A stretch of DNA of 64,000 nt from positions 54,720 to 118,719 of the forward strand of contig CAVHFU010000001.1 of NCBI GenBank assembly GCA_963635575.1. Reading direction: 5' to 3'. Positions 37,199-47,348 of this stretch are shown one piece after another. The position numbers and the translations under genes are program-made. The stretch comes from a bacterium. GTDB lineage: Bacteria; Bacillota; Clostridia; TANB77; RGIG9151. Every line of letters begins with the position of its first letter. Within the stretch, counting starts at the first letter, position 1. A model generated the notes under the pieces. That model was given only the letters and a program-made list of their open reading frames with translations, was not told where the DNA came from and searched no databases.

Positions 37199-39547
37199 CT
37201 AAACACCTCTATAAAAGTGACCTGACGTTGAGTCAGCCACACTAACCTTACTACCACTCTTTAATGCACCTAAAATTCTTCTTCTCTCATCGGTACTTTC
37301 GTCTAAGAAATACGCTCTAAAATAGTCAACATCTCCCTTTAGCTCATCTATAACCTCCGGGGCAAATAGCACCTTTCCGTTTAATAACGTAGTCCTACAA
37401 GCCTTTCTCTCGGTTATAATAGGGAATTTTTCTCCGGTTCTATCCTCCAAATAATATTTCCCACTTTGACATAAATTGCAATTTATATGTCCCTTAACCT
37501 CTGAACCAATTGGACAATGCTCACTAACCATAAGAGGAAGTCTTCCATAAACAGTAACCTCAGTTTCAAGCATTGTATTAACCTGCTTTATTTCTTCTAG
37601 ATTAAGCTCAAAAGACAAGTTTATGCCCCTTGCACCAAGCTCCTCCAATTTGCGTGCAGAATAAGAATTAAAAACATTAAGCGAAAAATCACAATAAATA
37701 TTTTTAACATCCTTGCATAGCTCAAAATGTTCTAAATTACCAATAAGAACACTATTTATCTTAGACAAATCATACTTGTTTCCTCTAGTCGCAGTACCTA
37801 AATAGGGAATTACTTCTTTACCCTTAAACATATTTATAATCTCTTCATTAAAATCATCAATCGGCACATAAATCCTGTCTGCCAGTTCAAGCCCATCTAA
37901 ATTTCTAGTATCATATAAATAAACAGACAATTTAGGTTGAACATTCTTGTAAGTAGCACCAATTCTCTCAAAATCGTCACGACAACTTCTACCTAAAATT
38001 TCACTTCTCTTTTTATATAGCTTATCTGCAAGCTCTCTTCTAAGTTCATTTAAAACGGACACAGGCACAAGCACATTGCCGTTAATCTTAGCCTCAAGAT
38101 TTCTTAAACTAAACGGAGTATCCCCTAACTTACTAAGACTCGCCATAGCCGACTCAGATGTAAGAGGTTTATTTATAGCCTCTTTAGCAATGTACTCGCT
38201 TTTAGTCATAAACCTATTTCCGTCATCATCAACAATACTTAATTCTACATTTTCATTAACTCCACAGTGAAGTTCCATATCAACCGGTACTTTTCTATGA
38301 CACTTTCCATCCAATACCTTCCTTAGCGATAAATTCAAATTCTTATCCGAAATCTTGTAAACACTATCTCCTTTACTCATAATGCCTGTAATATCACCGA
38401 TGTACACAATATCTCCACTCTCGGCACTTTTTACTTGCACTCTGTTCTTCTCAATATATGTAACAATATTTCCGGGTAAATTCTCATTAACTATCTCAAC
38501 ACCATCACCCATATTTAAGCTGTCATCTAACTTAACTCTAACCAGTTTTCTCTTCCTATCGTAATCAATAACCTTTCCAAGGTATCTTCCCCAATGCTTA
38601 GGACGTTCACGGCAAATTAACTCACGACCTAATTTCCCATAATAATATCCCCTAGAAAATCCGCCACGATTAAACACCTGCTCAAGCTTTTTAATATCCT
38701 CCGGCTCAATTTTAAACTTATCTTCCTCCCCCTTTTCAATAAGTTCATAAGCCAAATCAATATACTTTCTGTAAATACTTGTAACACACGCAACATACTC
38801 AGGCGATTTTAATCTTCCCTCAATTTTAAGCGAAGAAACCCCAGCCTTAATAAGTCTAATTAAATCATATATTCCACATAAATCCTTAGGACTCATACAA
38901 TAATTCTTAACACATTTTTCATCATCCTTATAAATCGTATATTGTAGTCTGCAAGGCTGTGCACATTTCCCTCTGTTACCGCTTCTCTCCCCAACTAAAC
39001 TGCTAAGACGGCATTGACCTGAATAACATACACACAAAGCTCCATGCACAAACACCTCAATTTCTGTATCTGTATTCTTGCATATATTCTCAATTTCATC
39101 TAAAGTTAACTCCCTAGATAAAACAACTCTCTCAAAATTCAAACTGCTTACAGCCTTTACCCCTTCTAAGCTATATATAGTTCCTTGGGTGCTAAAATGT
39201 ATAACAATTTCAGGCATAACCTCTTTTAATAACTTAATCACACCCAAATCCTGAACAATAAAAGCATCAACCCCACTTTTATACGCATTTTTAGCAAACT
39301 TAATAACATCCTCAATCTCTCTATCATGAATTAGCGTATTTAATGTAAGATGCACCTTAACACCTCTAGCGTGTGCATACGCTATAACTTCTCTTAATTC
39401 CTCATCAGAAAAATTGCTTGCAGAATTTCTTGCATTAAAAGAAGTACCACCGAGATAAACAGCATCAGCACCACTCTCAACCGCCGCTATAAATTGTTCA
39501 TGTCCCCCAACAGGAGATAAAAGCTCTATCCTTTTCAATTGCCTCAC
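37199..39547 (-). CDS. Peptidase U32 family protein (collagenase-like PrtC/YhbU family), long form
   Basis: LLSPVGGHEQFIAAVESGADAVYLGG and E...CxxxC...C U32 core. 782 aa with extended C-terminal domains. Confidence 0.75.
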   Translation of the reverse strand: MRQLKRIELLSPVGGHEQFIAAVESGADAVYLGGTSFNARNSASNFSDEELREVIAYAHARGVKVHLTLNTLIHDREIEDVIKFAKNAYKSGVDAFIVQDLGVIKLLKEVMPEIVIHFSTQGTIYSLEGVKAVSSLNFERVVLSRELTLDEIENICKNTDTEIEVFVHGALCVCYSGQCRLSSLVGERSGNRGKCAQPCRLQYTIYKDDEKCVKNYCMSPKDLCGIYDLIRLIKAGVSSLKIEGRLKSPEYVACVTSIYRKYIDLAYELIEKGEEDKFKIEPEDIKKLEQVFNRGGFSRGYYYGKLGRELICRERPKHWGRYLGKVIDYDRKRKLVRVKLDDSLNMGDGVEIVNENLPGNIVTYIEKNRVQVKSAESGDIVYIGDITGIMSKGDSVYKISDKNLNLSLRKVLDGKCHRKVPVDMELHCGVNENVELSIVDDDGNRFMTKSEYIAKEAINKPLTSESAMASLSKLGDTPFSLRNLEAKINGNVLVPVSVLNELRRELADKLYKKRSEILGRSCRDDFERIGATYKNVQPKLSVYLYDTRNLDGLELADRIYVPIDDFNEEIINMFKGKEVIPYLGTATRGNKYDLSKINSVLIGNLEHFELCKDVKNIYCDFSLNVFNSYSARKLEELGARGINLSFELNLEEIKQVNTMLETEVTVYGRLPLMVSEHCPIGSEVKGHINCNLCQSGKYYLEDRTGEKFPIITERKACRTTLLNGKVLFAPEVIDELKGDVDYFRAYFLDESTDERRRILGALKSGSKVSVADSTSGHFYRGV

Positions 39548-39550
39548 CTT

Positions 39551-40696
39551 TTAAACTTCAGTATTCATAATTTCATTAAATAACTTCCAAAGAATCTCAG
39601 TAGAAAAATTCTCAGTTCTACTTATTCTATGTTGTGCCGCCAATTCATCAGTATAATCCTTTAGTTTGTATGTTGTGTAATAATCGTCTGTATAATGTGT
39701 CACAAGTGGAATTAAAGAATAATCTTTAATCTCAACATTTCCATCCTCATTTCTCTCCAACGTTATATCCGCCATACCACCAAGCAAAGTCGAAATTTTT
39801 CTTTGGTTAGAAATAAAGTTACCCAAAGAATAATAAACAAGTCCGGTATTCCCATTCTCAGTCGTAACCATTTTATATGGTTCTAAAACATGTGGATGTG
39901 CACAAATAACAATGTCTGCACCATTATCTATACACATATCAACATACTTTTTATGATACTTAGTAGGCTTATACACATACTCCGTACCTATATGCAAAAT
40001 AGCAATCATAACATCACTATTCTCTTTAGCAGTCCTCACATTCTCCTTAAGTTCCTCATCATCTCCAAGCAAATCAATCATATATCCTTTATCTTTAGGC
40101 AATGTAAAACCATTTAATCCGTACGTATAATTAACAAAAGAAAGTTTAATGTTATTCTTCTCTAAATACGAAATCTTGCTTTCGTCAGGGCTACTGTGAA
40201 TTCCCAAAACTTCTATTTCAGGATACTTTTCACGCCAAAACTCAAGAGTATCTGTTATTCCGCTAACTCCTTTATCTAACGTATGATTAGTTGCATGAGT
40301 AACAACATCAAATCCAGCCTTTACAACACTATCGCCAACCTGCATTGGGCTTCCGAAAGCCGGATACGAACTATATCTTTTTGGGTCTTTAACAAAAATA
40401 GTTTCTTGATTAATAATAGCAACATCAGCCTTGCTAATGTCGTCCCTAACATTATCAAAAAGCATATCAAAATCATAGCCGTCCTCTGTCCTAGCCGCAA
40501 AATAAATAGTATTGTGAATCAAATCATCGCCAACCATTTTTATATTAAGCCTGTCCGCTTTATCCTCAATAATTTCTTCATTCGGACTTGCCATAACTTC
40601 CTTATCAAAAAATCCGGCACATTTATAAATAGCCACAGTAATAAGCACAATAGCAAAAATTCCGGCACATATTAATATAATTCTCTTCCTATTCAT
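39551..40696 (-). CDS. CapA-family metallophosphatase (poly-gamma-glutamate synthesis-like) with N-terminal membrane anchor
   Basis: MVGDDLIHNTIY...HATNHTLDKG...HIGTEY...CAHPHV calcineurin-like motifs. Start taken at MNRKRII with GAGGTG RBS. Confidence 0.7.
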   Translation of the reverse strand: MNRKRIILICAGIFAIVLITVAIYKCAGFFDKEVMASPNEEIIEDKADRLNIKMVGDDLIHNTIYFAARTEDGYDFDMLFDNVRDDISKADVAIINQETIFVKDPKRYSSYPAFGSPMQVGDSVVKAGFDVVTHATNHTLDKGVSGITDTLEFWREKYPEIEVLGIHSSPDESKISYLEKNNIKLSFVNYTYGLNGFTLPKDKGYMIDLLGDDEELKENVRTAKENSDVMIAILHIGTEYVYKPTKYHKKYVDMCIDNGADIVICAHPHVLEPYKMVTTENGNTGLVYYSLGNFISNQRKISTLLGGMADITLERNEDGNVEIKDYSLIPLVTHYTDDYYTTYKLKDYTDELAAQHRISRTENFSTEILWKLFNEIMNTEV

Positions 40697-40706
40697 ACTC
40701 AGCACC

Positions 40707-41408
40707 TCATAGCATCTCAATATCTATATCATCCAAATCTGCGAAAATTTCAGCATTAGCCTTATCGTCACTCATTACTTCTTCCTTAACACCATTCACT
40801 ATAAACTCCTTTAAGTCAATCTTCATTCCACCAAAAAACAATATTCCATCCTGTATTTTAGAAAAATCATCATATCCGGGAAGAGTCTTGCACATTTTAA
40901 CCTTTTCCTCTAAACATAAATCATTATTAACTCTATTTACTTTCGCAAAATAGGTGACCATAACATTTTTAATTATCCCAGAACGATATTTTATATATGA
41001 TGTAAGTTTATCTTCAGGAATAGAAAAACACTTCCCATGCCAAAAAATTTTTCTATGTGCATCAAAATGATTAAAATAATCAAAAAAATACTGAGAAAAT
41101 AGCGCAATCAATTCCTGTGAATGTGTTGTCTTATCATTTGGCTCTAAGTCCTCAATTACAACATTCGGATTCGGTACAATAAAACTAATTTCATCAGAAC
41201 CAAAAATAGCATAGCAATGATATTTTTCAGTAAAAAATCTCGCTGTCTTTTCTAAACAATCAAAAAAACTACCATCATACTCATCAAGCAAATTAATATC
41301 CTTATTTTTAGTAATTTGCCTGCCGTCAAACCTAAACACCAACGGCATTTTGGTACTTATTCGCATATTGTATTTTTTCTGTAGCTGAAAAAAATAGCTA
41401 TTCCACAT
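40707..41408 (-). CDS. tRNA(His) guanylyltransferase (Thg1)-like protein
   Basis: MPLVFRFDGRQI resembles the Thg1 hallmark (R-x-D-G-R-x-F). About 233 aa. Start taken at MWNS with AAAGGAG RBS. Confidence 0.6.
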   Translation of the reverse strand: MWNSYFFQLQKKYNMRISTKMPLVFRFDGRQITKNKDINLLDEYDGSFFDCLEKTARFFTEKYHCYAIFGSDEISFIVPNPNVVIEDLEPNDKTTHSQELIALFSQYFFDYFNHFDAHRKIFWHGKCFSIPEDKLTSYIKYRSGIIKNVMVTYFAKVNRVNNDLCLEEKVKMCKTLPGYDDFSKIQDGILFFGGMKIDLKEFIVNGVKEEVMSDDKANAEIFADLDDIDIEML

Positions 41409-41453
41409 ACACATTTCTCCTTTAATTTTGCATGGAACGTTCCGCATATAAGT

Positions 41454-41487
41454 AAAAGGGTATCCTATAAAAAGGATACCTTTTTAC
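41454..41487 (-). terminator. Terminator hairpin downstream of yebC
   Basis: GGGTATCC-TATAAAAA-GGATACC with A/T runs on both sides. Confidence 0.45.
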
Positions 41488-41624
41488 TTATGTGTGCGAT
41501 AAACCGACATACATCGGTTCTACAATATAATTCGTGGATTTGTTCCAATACATAATATCGCATACATATATATTTTAGCAAAATAATAATCGTGTTTCAA
41601 GCCCTTATTCTAGACGCATACTAA

Positions 41625-42350
41625 CTATTCCTCATCCCAGTTTGTCCAAACATTTTGAACATCATCATTATCCTCTAATGCGTCAATTAATCTTTCTAGC
41701 TTAACAGCTTGCTCTTCTGTAACAGACACATAATTTTGAGGAACATATTTAATTTCAGCCTCTAAGAAATCTAATTTTTCAGCCTCTAACTTTTCTCTAA
41801 CAGAAGAAAAGTTCTCAGGAGAAGTTAAAATCTCATAGCATTCGTCATCAGCAGAAAAATCATCTGCACCTGAATCCAATGCTAACATCATTAAATCATC
41901 TTCAACTAAAGAATCATTCTTTTCAATTGCGATAACACCTTTTTTATCAAACATATAGCTAACAGAACCACTTTGGCCTAAGTTTCCGCCATGTTTATCA
42001 AATAAGTGACGCATATCTCCGGCAGTTCTATTTCTGTTATCTGTTAAAGCCTCAACAATAACAGCAACTCCGGCCGTGCCATATCCTTCATACATTAAAG
42101 ACTCGTAGTTAGTAGCATCTCCGTCACCGGCAGCCTTCTTAATACTTCTCTCAATGTTATCATTAGGAATATTAGCAGCCTTAGCCTTAGCTATAATATC
42201 TCTTAATTTAGAGTTAGCATCCGGATTAGCTCCTCCAGACTTAACCGCAACTGCAATTTCTCTACCGATTTTAGTAAAAATCTTACCTCTTGCAGAATCC
42301 GCTTTTTCCTTTTTATTTTTAATATTTGCCCATTTACTATGTCCTGACAT
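41625..42350 (-). CDS. yebC: YebC/PmpR-family DNA-binding regulatory protein
   Basis: [15 protein letters not shown]-terminus, full-length family match. Confidence 0.85.
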   Translation of the reverse strand: MSGHSKWANIKNKKEKADSARGKIFTKIGREIAVAVKSGGANPDANSKLRDIIAKAKAANIPNDNIERSIKKAAGDGDATNYESLMYEGYGTAGVAVIVEALTDNRNRTAGDMRHLFDKHGGNLGQSGSVSYMFDKKGVIAIEKNDSLVEDDLMMLALDSGADDFSADDECYEILTSPENFSSVREKLEAEKLDFLEAEIKYVPQNYVSVTEEQAVKLERLIDALEDNDDVQNVWTNWDEE

Positions 42351-42436
42351 AAAAATACCCCTTTCAAAATCAATTAAGCATAGAGAATTATACAATATAA
42401 TTATAAATTTGTCAAAATACCCTAATTATCTCAAAC

Positions 42437-43549
42437 TTATAGTTTATCTATAATCCCCTTTAACTCATTTACGCAATAATTAACATCATCCTTAGTCGTC
42501 AAATCGCACAAACTAAACCTTATTGTACCACCAATTTCCTCCTTACTAAGTCCAATAGCCGATAAAACATGGCTCTCACCAAATCTATTAGAATGACAAG
42601 CAGAGCCGGTCGAAACATATATACCCCTTTCCTCCAGCGCATGCATAATGACCTCGCCCCTCTTTCCTACAAAAGAAACACTAAGAATATGAGGTGCCAA
42701 GTTTCCGTCATTATAGCAATTTATTTTAGCACAAGGTATACTGCTCACACCATCTTTCAATATATCCCTTAACTCTCTTACCCTCTCGTAATCTCCGCAA
42801 TGTTCAATAGCCTTGCCAAGCGAAGCAATTCCCACAACATTCTCCGTACCACTTCTAAAACCATTTTCATGTCCACCGCCAAGCATATACGGATTAATTT
42901 TAGTTCCCTTCTTTACAACCAAAGCCCCGATTCCCTTTAATGCATGAACCTTATGGCCACTAACACTAATTAAATCAGCCATATTAAACCTGTTATATGA
43001 TAACTTTGTATATGCCTGAACCGCATCAGTATGCAAAATAAAGTTATACTTTTTCTTAAGTTTCGCAATCTCAGAAATAGGCTCTATACTTCCAAGTTCA
43101 TTATTAACAGTCATAACACTAACAAAAATAGTCTTATCATTAATAGAGTTTTTAAGTTGTTGCATATCTATAATGCCATTTTTATCAACATCAAGATAAG
43201 TAACATTAAAACCTTCCTTTTCTAATTTCTCAAAACACATTAAAACAGCCGGATGCTCAATCTTAGAAGTAATAATATGATTTCCCCTTCTAGAATTAGC
43301 ATAAACAGAACCAAAAATAGCTGTATTATCCGACTCGGTAGCACCAGAAGTAAAATATACCTCATTCGTATTAACCCCTAAAGACTTAGCTATAACTTCT
43401 CTTGCATTCTTAACCACTCTCTCGGCTTGCAAACCGATAGAATGTAGAGAAGAGGGATTGCCATAAACATTTTCAGATATGTACCCAATCTCCTCAATAA
43501 CCTCCGGTAATAACCTTGTAGTAGACGCATTATCTAAATAAACTTCCAT
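42437..43549 (-). CDS. Cysteine desulfurase (NifS/IscS, aminotransferase class V)
   Basis: YLDNASTT, PLP-lysine SVSGHKVHALKGIGAL, and GSAC active-site cysteine (SGSACHS). Confidence 0.85.
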   Translation of the reverse strand: MEVYLDNASTTRLLPEVIEEIGYISENVYGNPSSLHSIGLQAERVVKNAREVIAKSLGVNTNEVYFTSGATESDNTAIFGSVYANSRRGNHIITSKIEHPAVLMCFEKLEKEGFNVTYLDVDKNGIIDMQQLKNSINDKTIFVSVMTVNNELGSIEPISEIAKLKKKYNFILHTDAVQAYTKLSYNRFNMADLISVSGHKVHALKGIGALVVKKGTKINPYMLGGGHENGFRSGTENVVGIASLGKAIEHCGDYERVRELRDILKDGVSSIPCAKINCYNDGNLAPHILSVSFVGKRGEVIMHALEERGIYVSTGSACHSNRFGESHVLSAIGLSKEEIGGTIRFSLCDLTTKDDVNYCVNELKGIIDKL

Positions 43550-43575
43550 AAAAAACCTCCATTAAACTATACCAT

Positions 43576-43648
43576 CCTATCTATCGCATCAGAAACAATA
43601 ACATATAAATCCTGAAGCGTTATAACATCGTACATTGTCTTGACATTA
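43576..43648. repeat. 73-bp direct repeat, copy 1 (orphan copy of the 3' end of the 45252..47339 gene)
   Basis: Identical over 73 nt to 45261-45333 (CCTATCTATCGCATCAGAAACAATAACATATAAATCCTGAAGCGTTATAACATCGTACATTGTCTTGACATTA). Confidence 0.7.
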
Positions 43649-43659
43649 GTGACACTCTA

Positions 43660-44496
43660 TCAGCCATATAGATTCAATATCATCTCCGATATTGTTTTTA
43701 TAACTTCGGAATATTGGATATTCCCCACGAAATAATTTTTGCTTTTAAATTGATTCCACATATTTTCCATCTCTTTACTTGTAGCTAAATTTTTAAGTTC
43801 TGTATCCACTTTTTCTTTCGAGAATATAGTCCCTCGTTTTTTACATGTCGAATCAAATGCCTCTCTATAAATATTCCATGAAAAGTCTAGTTTTTGGGCA
43901 ATTTCATATAAGTCATAAAAATCTCTCATTCTTGTATTTGCCAACCCTCGGCTTATAATTGTTTGAGATTTTTCAGCAAGAAGAGTCTCAATGTTATATG
44001 TATTTAAGGATATATTTCTTTCTTCAAACATTAAAGGATATTTATACTCTATTGCACCCATCGTAATAACATCATCCGTTGATACATCTATCTTTATAGG
44101 TTGTTTTAAATCTCCAAGCAATGCCTCTAAATGAATACGAATCCCAGGATAATCAAATTCATCCATGATTGTTTCTATATCTACAATTCTGAATGATATG
44201 TTATCTTCTACTGTTATTTCACATATTTCTAGTATTATTTCTCCCAATTTTTCTTTCGAAAGAGGAAGTGCTCTTACCGTAGCATCAATATCCATTGTTG
44301 TTCTTAAGTTTATTCCAATAAGTGAGGATACTAGCATCCCACCTTTAAGTACAAACCTTTCCTTATATTTTGATAATGAAATTCGTTCTAAAAAGCGTTC
44401 CATAAAAAATATTCTTATCATAGCTTGTGCTATCTTACTATCACCTTTAGAAATGTTCCTTACCTTTGCTTTAAGTCCGATAGCAGATTTTATCAT
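43660..44496 (-). CDS. AbiEii/AbiGii-family nucleotidyltransferase toxin (type IV TA / abortive infection)
   Basis: FVLKGGMLVSSL...RTTMDIDATV matches the GG...R-x-S/T-x-D-h-D nucleotidyltransferase motif of the AbiEii family. Overlaps the upstream partner by 4 nt. Confidence 0.7.
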   Translation of the reverse strand: MIKSAIGLKAKVRNISKGDSKIAQAMIRIFFMERFLERISLSKYKERFVLKGGMLVSSLIGINLRTTMDIDATVRALPLSKEKLGEIILEICEITVEDNISFRIVDIETIMDEFDYPGIRIHLEALLGDLKQPIKIDVSTDDVITMGAIEYKYPLMFEERNISLNTYNIETLLAEKSQTIISRGLANTRMRDFYDLYEIAQKLDFSWNIYREAFDSTCKKRGTIFSKEKVDTELKNLATSKEMENMWNQFKSKNYFVGNIQYSEVIKTISEMILNLYG

Positions 44497-45086
44497 AGCA
44501 TCACCTCAACATATTTCATTATTTCATCCCTTATTTTTAATTGCTCTCCGTACTGTATAAGTCTCGACATATTCTTTGACTTGTCACGCATGAATGTTTT
44601 CATAGCTGTTTGGAACTGTTGCACTTCAACATTTTTTCTGTTTTTAACAATATCGCAAATGCATCTTTCTTTATTATATGTCCTAACCATATTTCCGTAA
44701 TTTGTTTTAACTTCATCAACACCTAATCGATATATTGACTGTTTTTCCTGATGTATGATCACACCTTTATTTCTCAACCGCGTCTGATTAAAACGTGGGG
44801 GTACAGTAATATAAATATCTGTATACTCTCTGTCTAACATACCTTGCAAATACAAAGCTGTTTCTCCTGAATAAATAATATTCGGATTGCAAACTTGAAG
44901 AATATATAACTCATCCGCCCATGCATCCTGTGAAATGTAAATTCCTTTTGCTACTCTCTCTAAATGATTTTCAAACACAAATTTTGCCAAATATGCTCGT
45001 GAAATACCTGCTTTTTCGACTTGTGCTGTAAATAGATATCCATTATTCTCTTGTAACAATTCACTCATTTGCTCGTATTTATTCAT
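44493..45086 (-). CDS. AbiEi-family antitoxin/transcriptional regulator
   Basis: About 197 aa. N-terminal wHTH-like segment (GYLFTAQVEKAGISRAYLAKFV). Partner position upstream of AbiEii. RBS GGTGGTGA. Confidence 0.65.
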   Translation of the reverse strand: MNKYEQMSELLQENNGYLFTAQVEKAGISRAYLAKFVFENHLERVAKGIYISQDAWADELYILQVCNPNIIYSGETALYLQGMLDREYTDIYITVPPRFNQTRLRNKGVIIHQEKQSIYRLGVDEVKTNYGNMVRTYNKERCICDIVKNRKNVEVQQFQTAMKTFMRDKSKNMSRLIQYGEQLKIRDEIMKYVEVML

Positions 45087-45119
45087 AACTTCACCACCAC
45101 ACTATACAACAGTGTATAT

Positions 45120-45148
45120 ATTGTATTCATTATATACACCATTGTAAA
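45120..45148 (-). promoter_or_regulatory. Promoter of the abiEi-abiEii operon with a downstream inverted-repeat operator
   Basis: Minus strand TTTACA, 17-nt spacer, TACAAT. Inverted repeat TATACAACAGTGTATA (45103-45118) lies between -10 and the start codon. Confidence 0.4.
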
Positions 45149-45251
45149 CTTTTATTTTCCCAACTTATATGCCTTAGCATACTTACTATCAACATATTAT
45201 AACCAATTTAAAATAATACACTCAATCACAATGAGTTAATAACAAATTATT

Positions 45252-47339
45252 TTATACCAACCTATCTATCGCATCAGAAACAATAACATATAAATCCTGA
45301 AGCGTTATAACATCGTACATTGTCTTGACATTAACATTGTCAAAATGTCCATTTGCGCTAGCAATTAAATAAATTTCAAGATCACTAAATTCTTCATCAT
45401 ATTCCCCAAAAAGTTTAGAAATCATCCTTGACATAGTAATCATATTTAGTTCATCATTCGAACTAAAAGCCTTAATATCCTCAATAATTTCCTCTGAAAC
45501 ATCAAGTTTCATTCTCTTAATCATTTGAGTAATGCAAGTAACAGCATTCTTATTAATAGCAATATTATCAAGCTTAAAATCATTATCATATCCACCGGTA
45601 ATAATACCCAAATCAACAAATCTTTCAATCTTATCCTTATTGTATAATCCATTAAAAGGCCCTGGAATATCGTACTCAGGTAAATAAACACCTCGGCTTA
45701 CCAACAACTCGTTTATTTCCTCATTCATTTCAACGCTTCCGATAATACCTCGTGGCGTCACATCATTAAAAATAGAATACATTGAAATAATTCCAACAGA
45801 TTCGCCCATAACCATACCTGTCGGAACAACTCTAGCACTTCCGGCAGCAACAGAGCTAAACGAAGCAGCCTTTCCAACTATGTATAAATTATCGATCTTT
45901 TGAGGAACAGCACACCTATACGGTATAGAATACTGACTAGGAGCCAAAACAACATATCCGTAATTATCCTTGCTTGTCGACTGAATATCCACCGGATAAG
46001 ATCCCATAGCAATCTTATCCGAAAAATTTCTGTTATTAAGTAAATCACTCGCCTGTAAAACATACTCGCCTTGGATATGCCTGGTCTCTCTTACATAAAG
46101 TTCACTTGCAGTTCCAAGTAAGTACGCATTTTGGAAAGAATCAAGTCTTGTCTTTAGGTACTTAACAATATTTTGAGCCTCTCTTGTCCCATAATAAATA
46201 GCATCATTAACACTATTCTCATCTTCAATATTCACATTAAAAATCTGTAATGCGTTAAGTAAAATCGTTCCATCGTTTTGCCTTCCGAAGTTAGGACCTC
46301 TAAGACGCATATTATCAAACTCAGGAGTGTACTTATCATAGCACCATTTACCAAATCCCCAAGCACTATCCTCAGTAACACCACAACCGGTATCCCCTGT
46401 CTCGTCCATATACTTTTTCATATCATCCTTTAGCACTTCCCAGTCAACACCGCCAACCTTAAAGCAAAGCGTCACACACATTATATCATCAGAATTAATA
46501 TCTTCCATACCAACATAATACGGAACACCGGCATTCGCACAAACATCACCATCTTGAGTCGCATCTATAATACGTCTACCGTAGAATTCTTTAAGCACCG
46601 AATTCTCATCAAAAACCCTAATACCGGTAATGGTATTTCCCTCAATAATCGCCTCGCCAAACGAATAATTCTTTCTGTAATCGATATTCGGTTCATTCGC
46701 CACCATATCTTCAAAAATTTTCTTAACCTCATTTACATCAAAAGACTCTTTTCTTCCTTCTCGATTATAAAACTCTTCAAAAATACCCTTAGTAAGTAAT
46801 TCCCCATCTTTAGAATAACTCATATCTAAAGTATTTAGCATCCCAAAAGTAAAAAGTCCGCCAAGTCCATCCTCTTCACTAATTAATAACACCTTTCCGC
46901 CACTTCTCGCAGTGGCAATACTAGCCGCAATTCCTTCCGGATCTCCGCCCATAACTATAACATCATAAAAATTATCTGCATAAAACCTTTTGTGGAAAAA
47001 GCTAATAGGAAAATAAACCTTTCCGTCATCACCTAGAACAGTATTTCCAGCCAAAATATAATCTGCCTTAAAATCCATTTTCCTATCATTTATAAAAAAC
47101 GGATTAATATATGAACCAATCTTTACCTTATTAGTACCAATTTTAAAATAATAATTAGTATTATCAACATTAAAATTAACAATGCTAGAATTAGAATATA
47201 CCAAAACATCAGTATTCCATATCTTTCGAACTGCATCCTCAGATATATACCAAGTATCCTCTATCTTCTTTGTATCCTCCGCAAAAGAAAAACTAAACAT
47301 CATCAAAAAACAAACCAAAACGCTGATAAACTTTTTCAT
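45252..47339 (-). CDS. Secreted FAD-dependent oxidoreductase-family protein (paralog A)
   Basis: Signal peptide MKKFISVLVCFLMMFSFSFA. VIVMGGDPEGIAASIATARSGGKVLLIS is a GxGxxG-like dinucleotide fold. 695 aa. Confidence 0.55.
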   Translation of the reverse strand: MKKFISVLVCFLMMFSFSFAEDTKKIEDTWYISEDAVRKIWNTDVLVYSNSSIVNFNVDNTNYYFKIGTNKVKIGSYINPFFINDRKMDFKADYILAGNTVLGDDGKVYFPISFFHKRFYADNFYDVIVMGGDPEGIAASIATARSGGKVLLISEEDGLGGLFTFGMLNTLDMSYSKDGELLTKGIFEEFYNREGRKESFDVNEVKKIFEDMVANEPNIDYRKNYSFGEAIIEGNTITGIRVFDENSVLKEFYGRRIIDATQDGDVCANAGVPYYVGMEDINSDDIMCVTLCFKVGGVDWEVLKDDMKKYMDETGDTGCGVTEDSAWGFGKWCYDKYTPEFDNMRLRGPNFGRQNDGTILLNALQIFNVNIEDENSVNDAIYYGTREAQNIVKYLKTRLDSFQNAYLLGTASELYVRETRHIQGEYVLQASDLLNNRNFSDKIAMGSYPVDIQSTSKDNYGYVVLAPSQYSIPYRCAVPQKIDNLYIVGKAASFSSVAAGSARVVPTGMVMGESVGIISMYSIFNDVTPRGIIGSVEMNEEINELLVSRGVYLPEYDIPGPFNGLYNKDKIERFVDLGIITGGYDNDFKLDNIAINKNAVTCITQMIKRMKLDVSEEIIEDIKAFSSNDELNMITMSRMISKLFGEYDEEFSDLEIYLIASANGHFDNVNVKTMYDVITLQDLYVIVSDAIDRLV
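45261..45333. repeat. 73-bp direct repeat, copy 2 (in situ 3' end of the oxidoreductase gene)
   Basis: Identical to 43576-43648. Encodes the C-terminal ...LQDLYVIVSDAIDRLV. Confidence 0.7.
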
Positions 47340-47348
47340 TAGTACCTC

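Larger units (their letters stand above)
43576..45333. mobile_element. Inserted AbiEi/AbiEii cassette bounded by 73-bp direct repeats
   Basis: A two-gene module with its own promoter, flanked by perfect direct repeats, one of which is the 3' end of the neighbouring gene. No recombinase gene inside. Confidence 0.45.
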
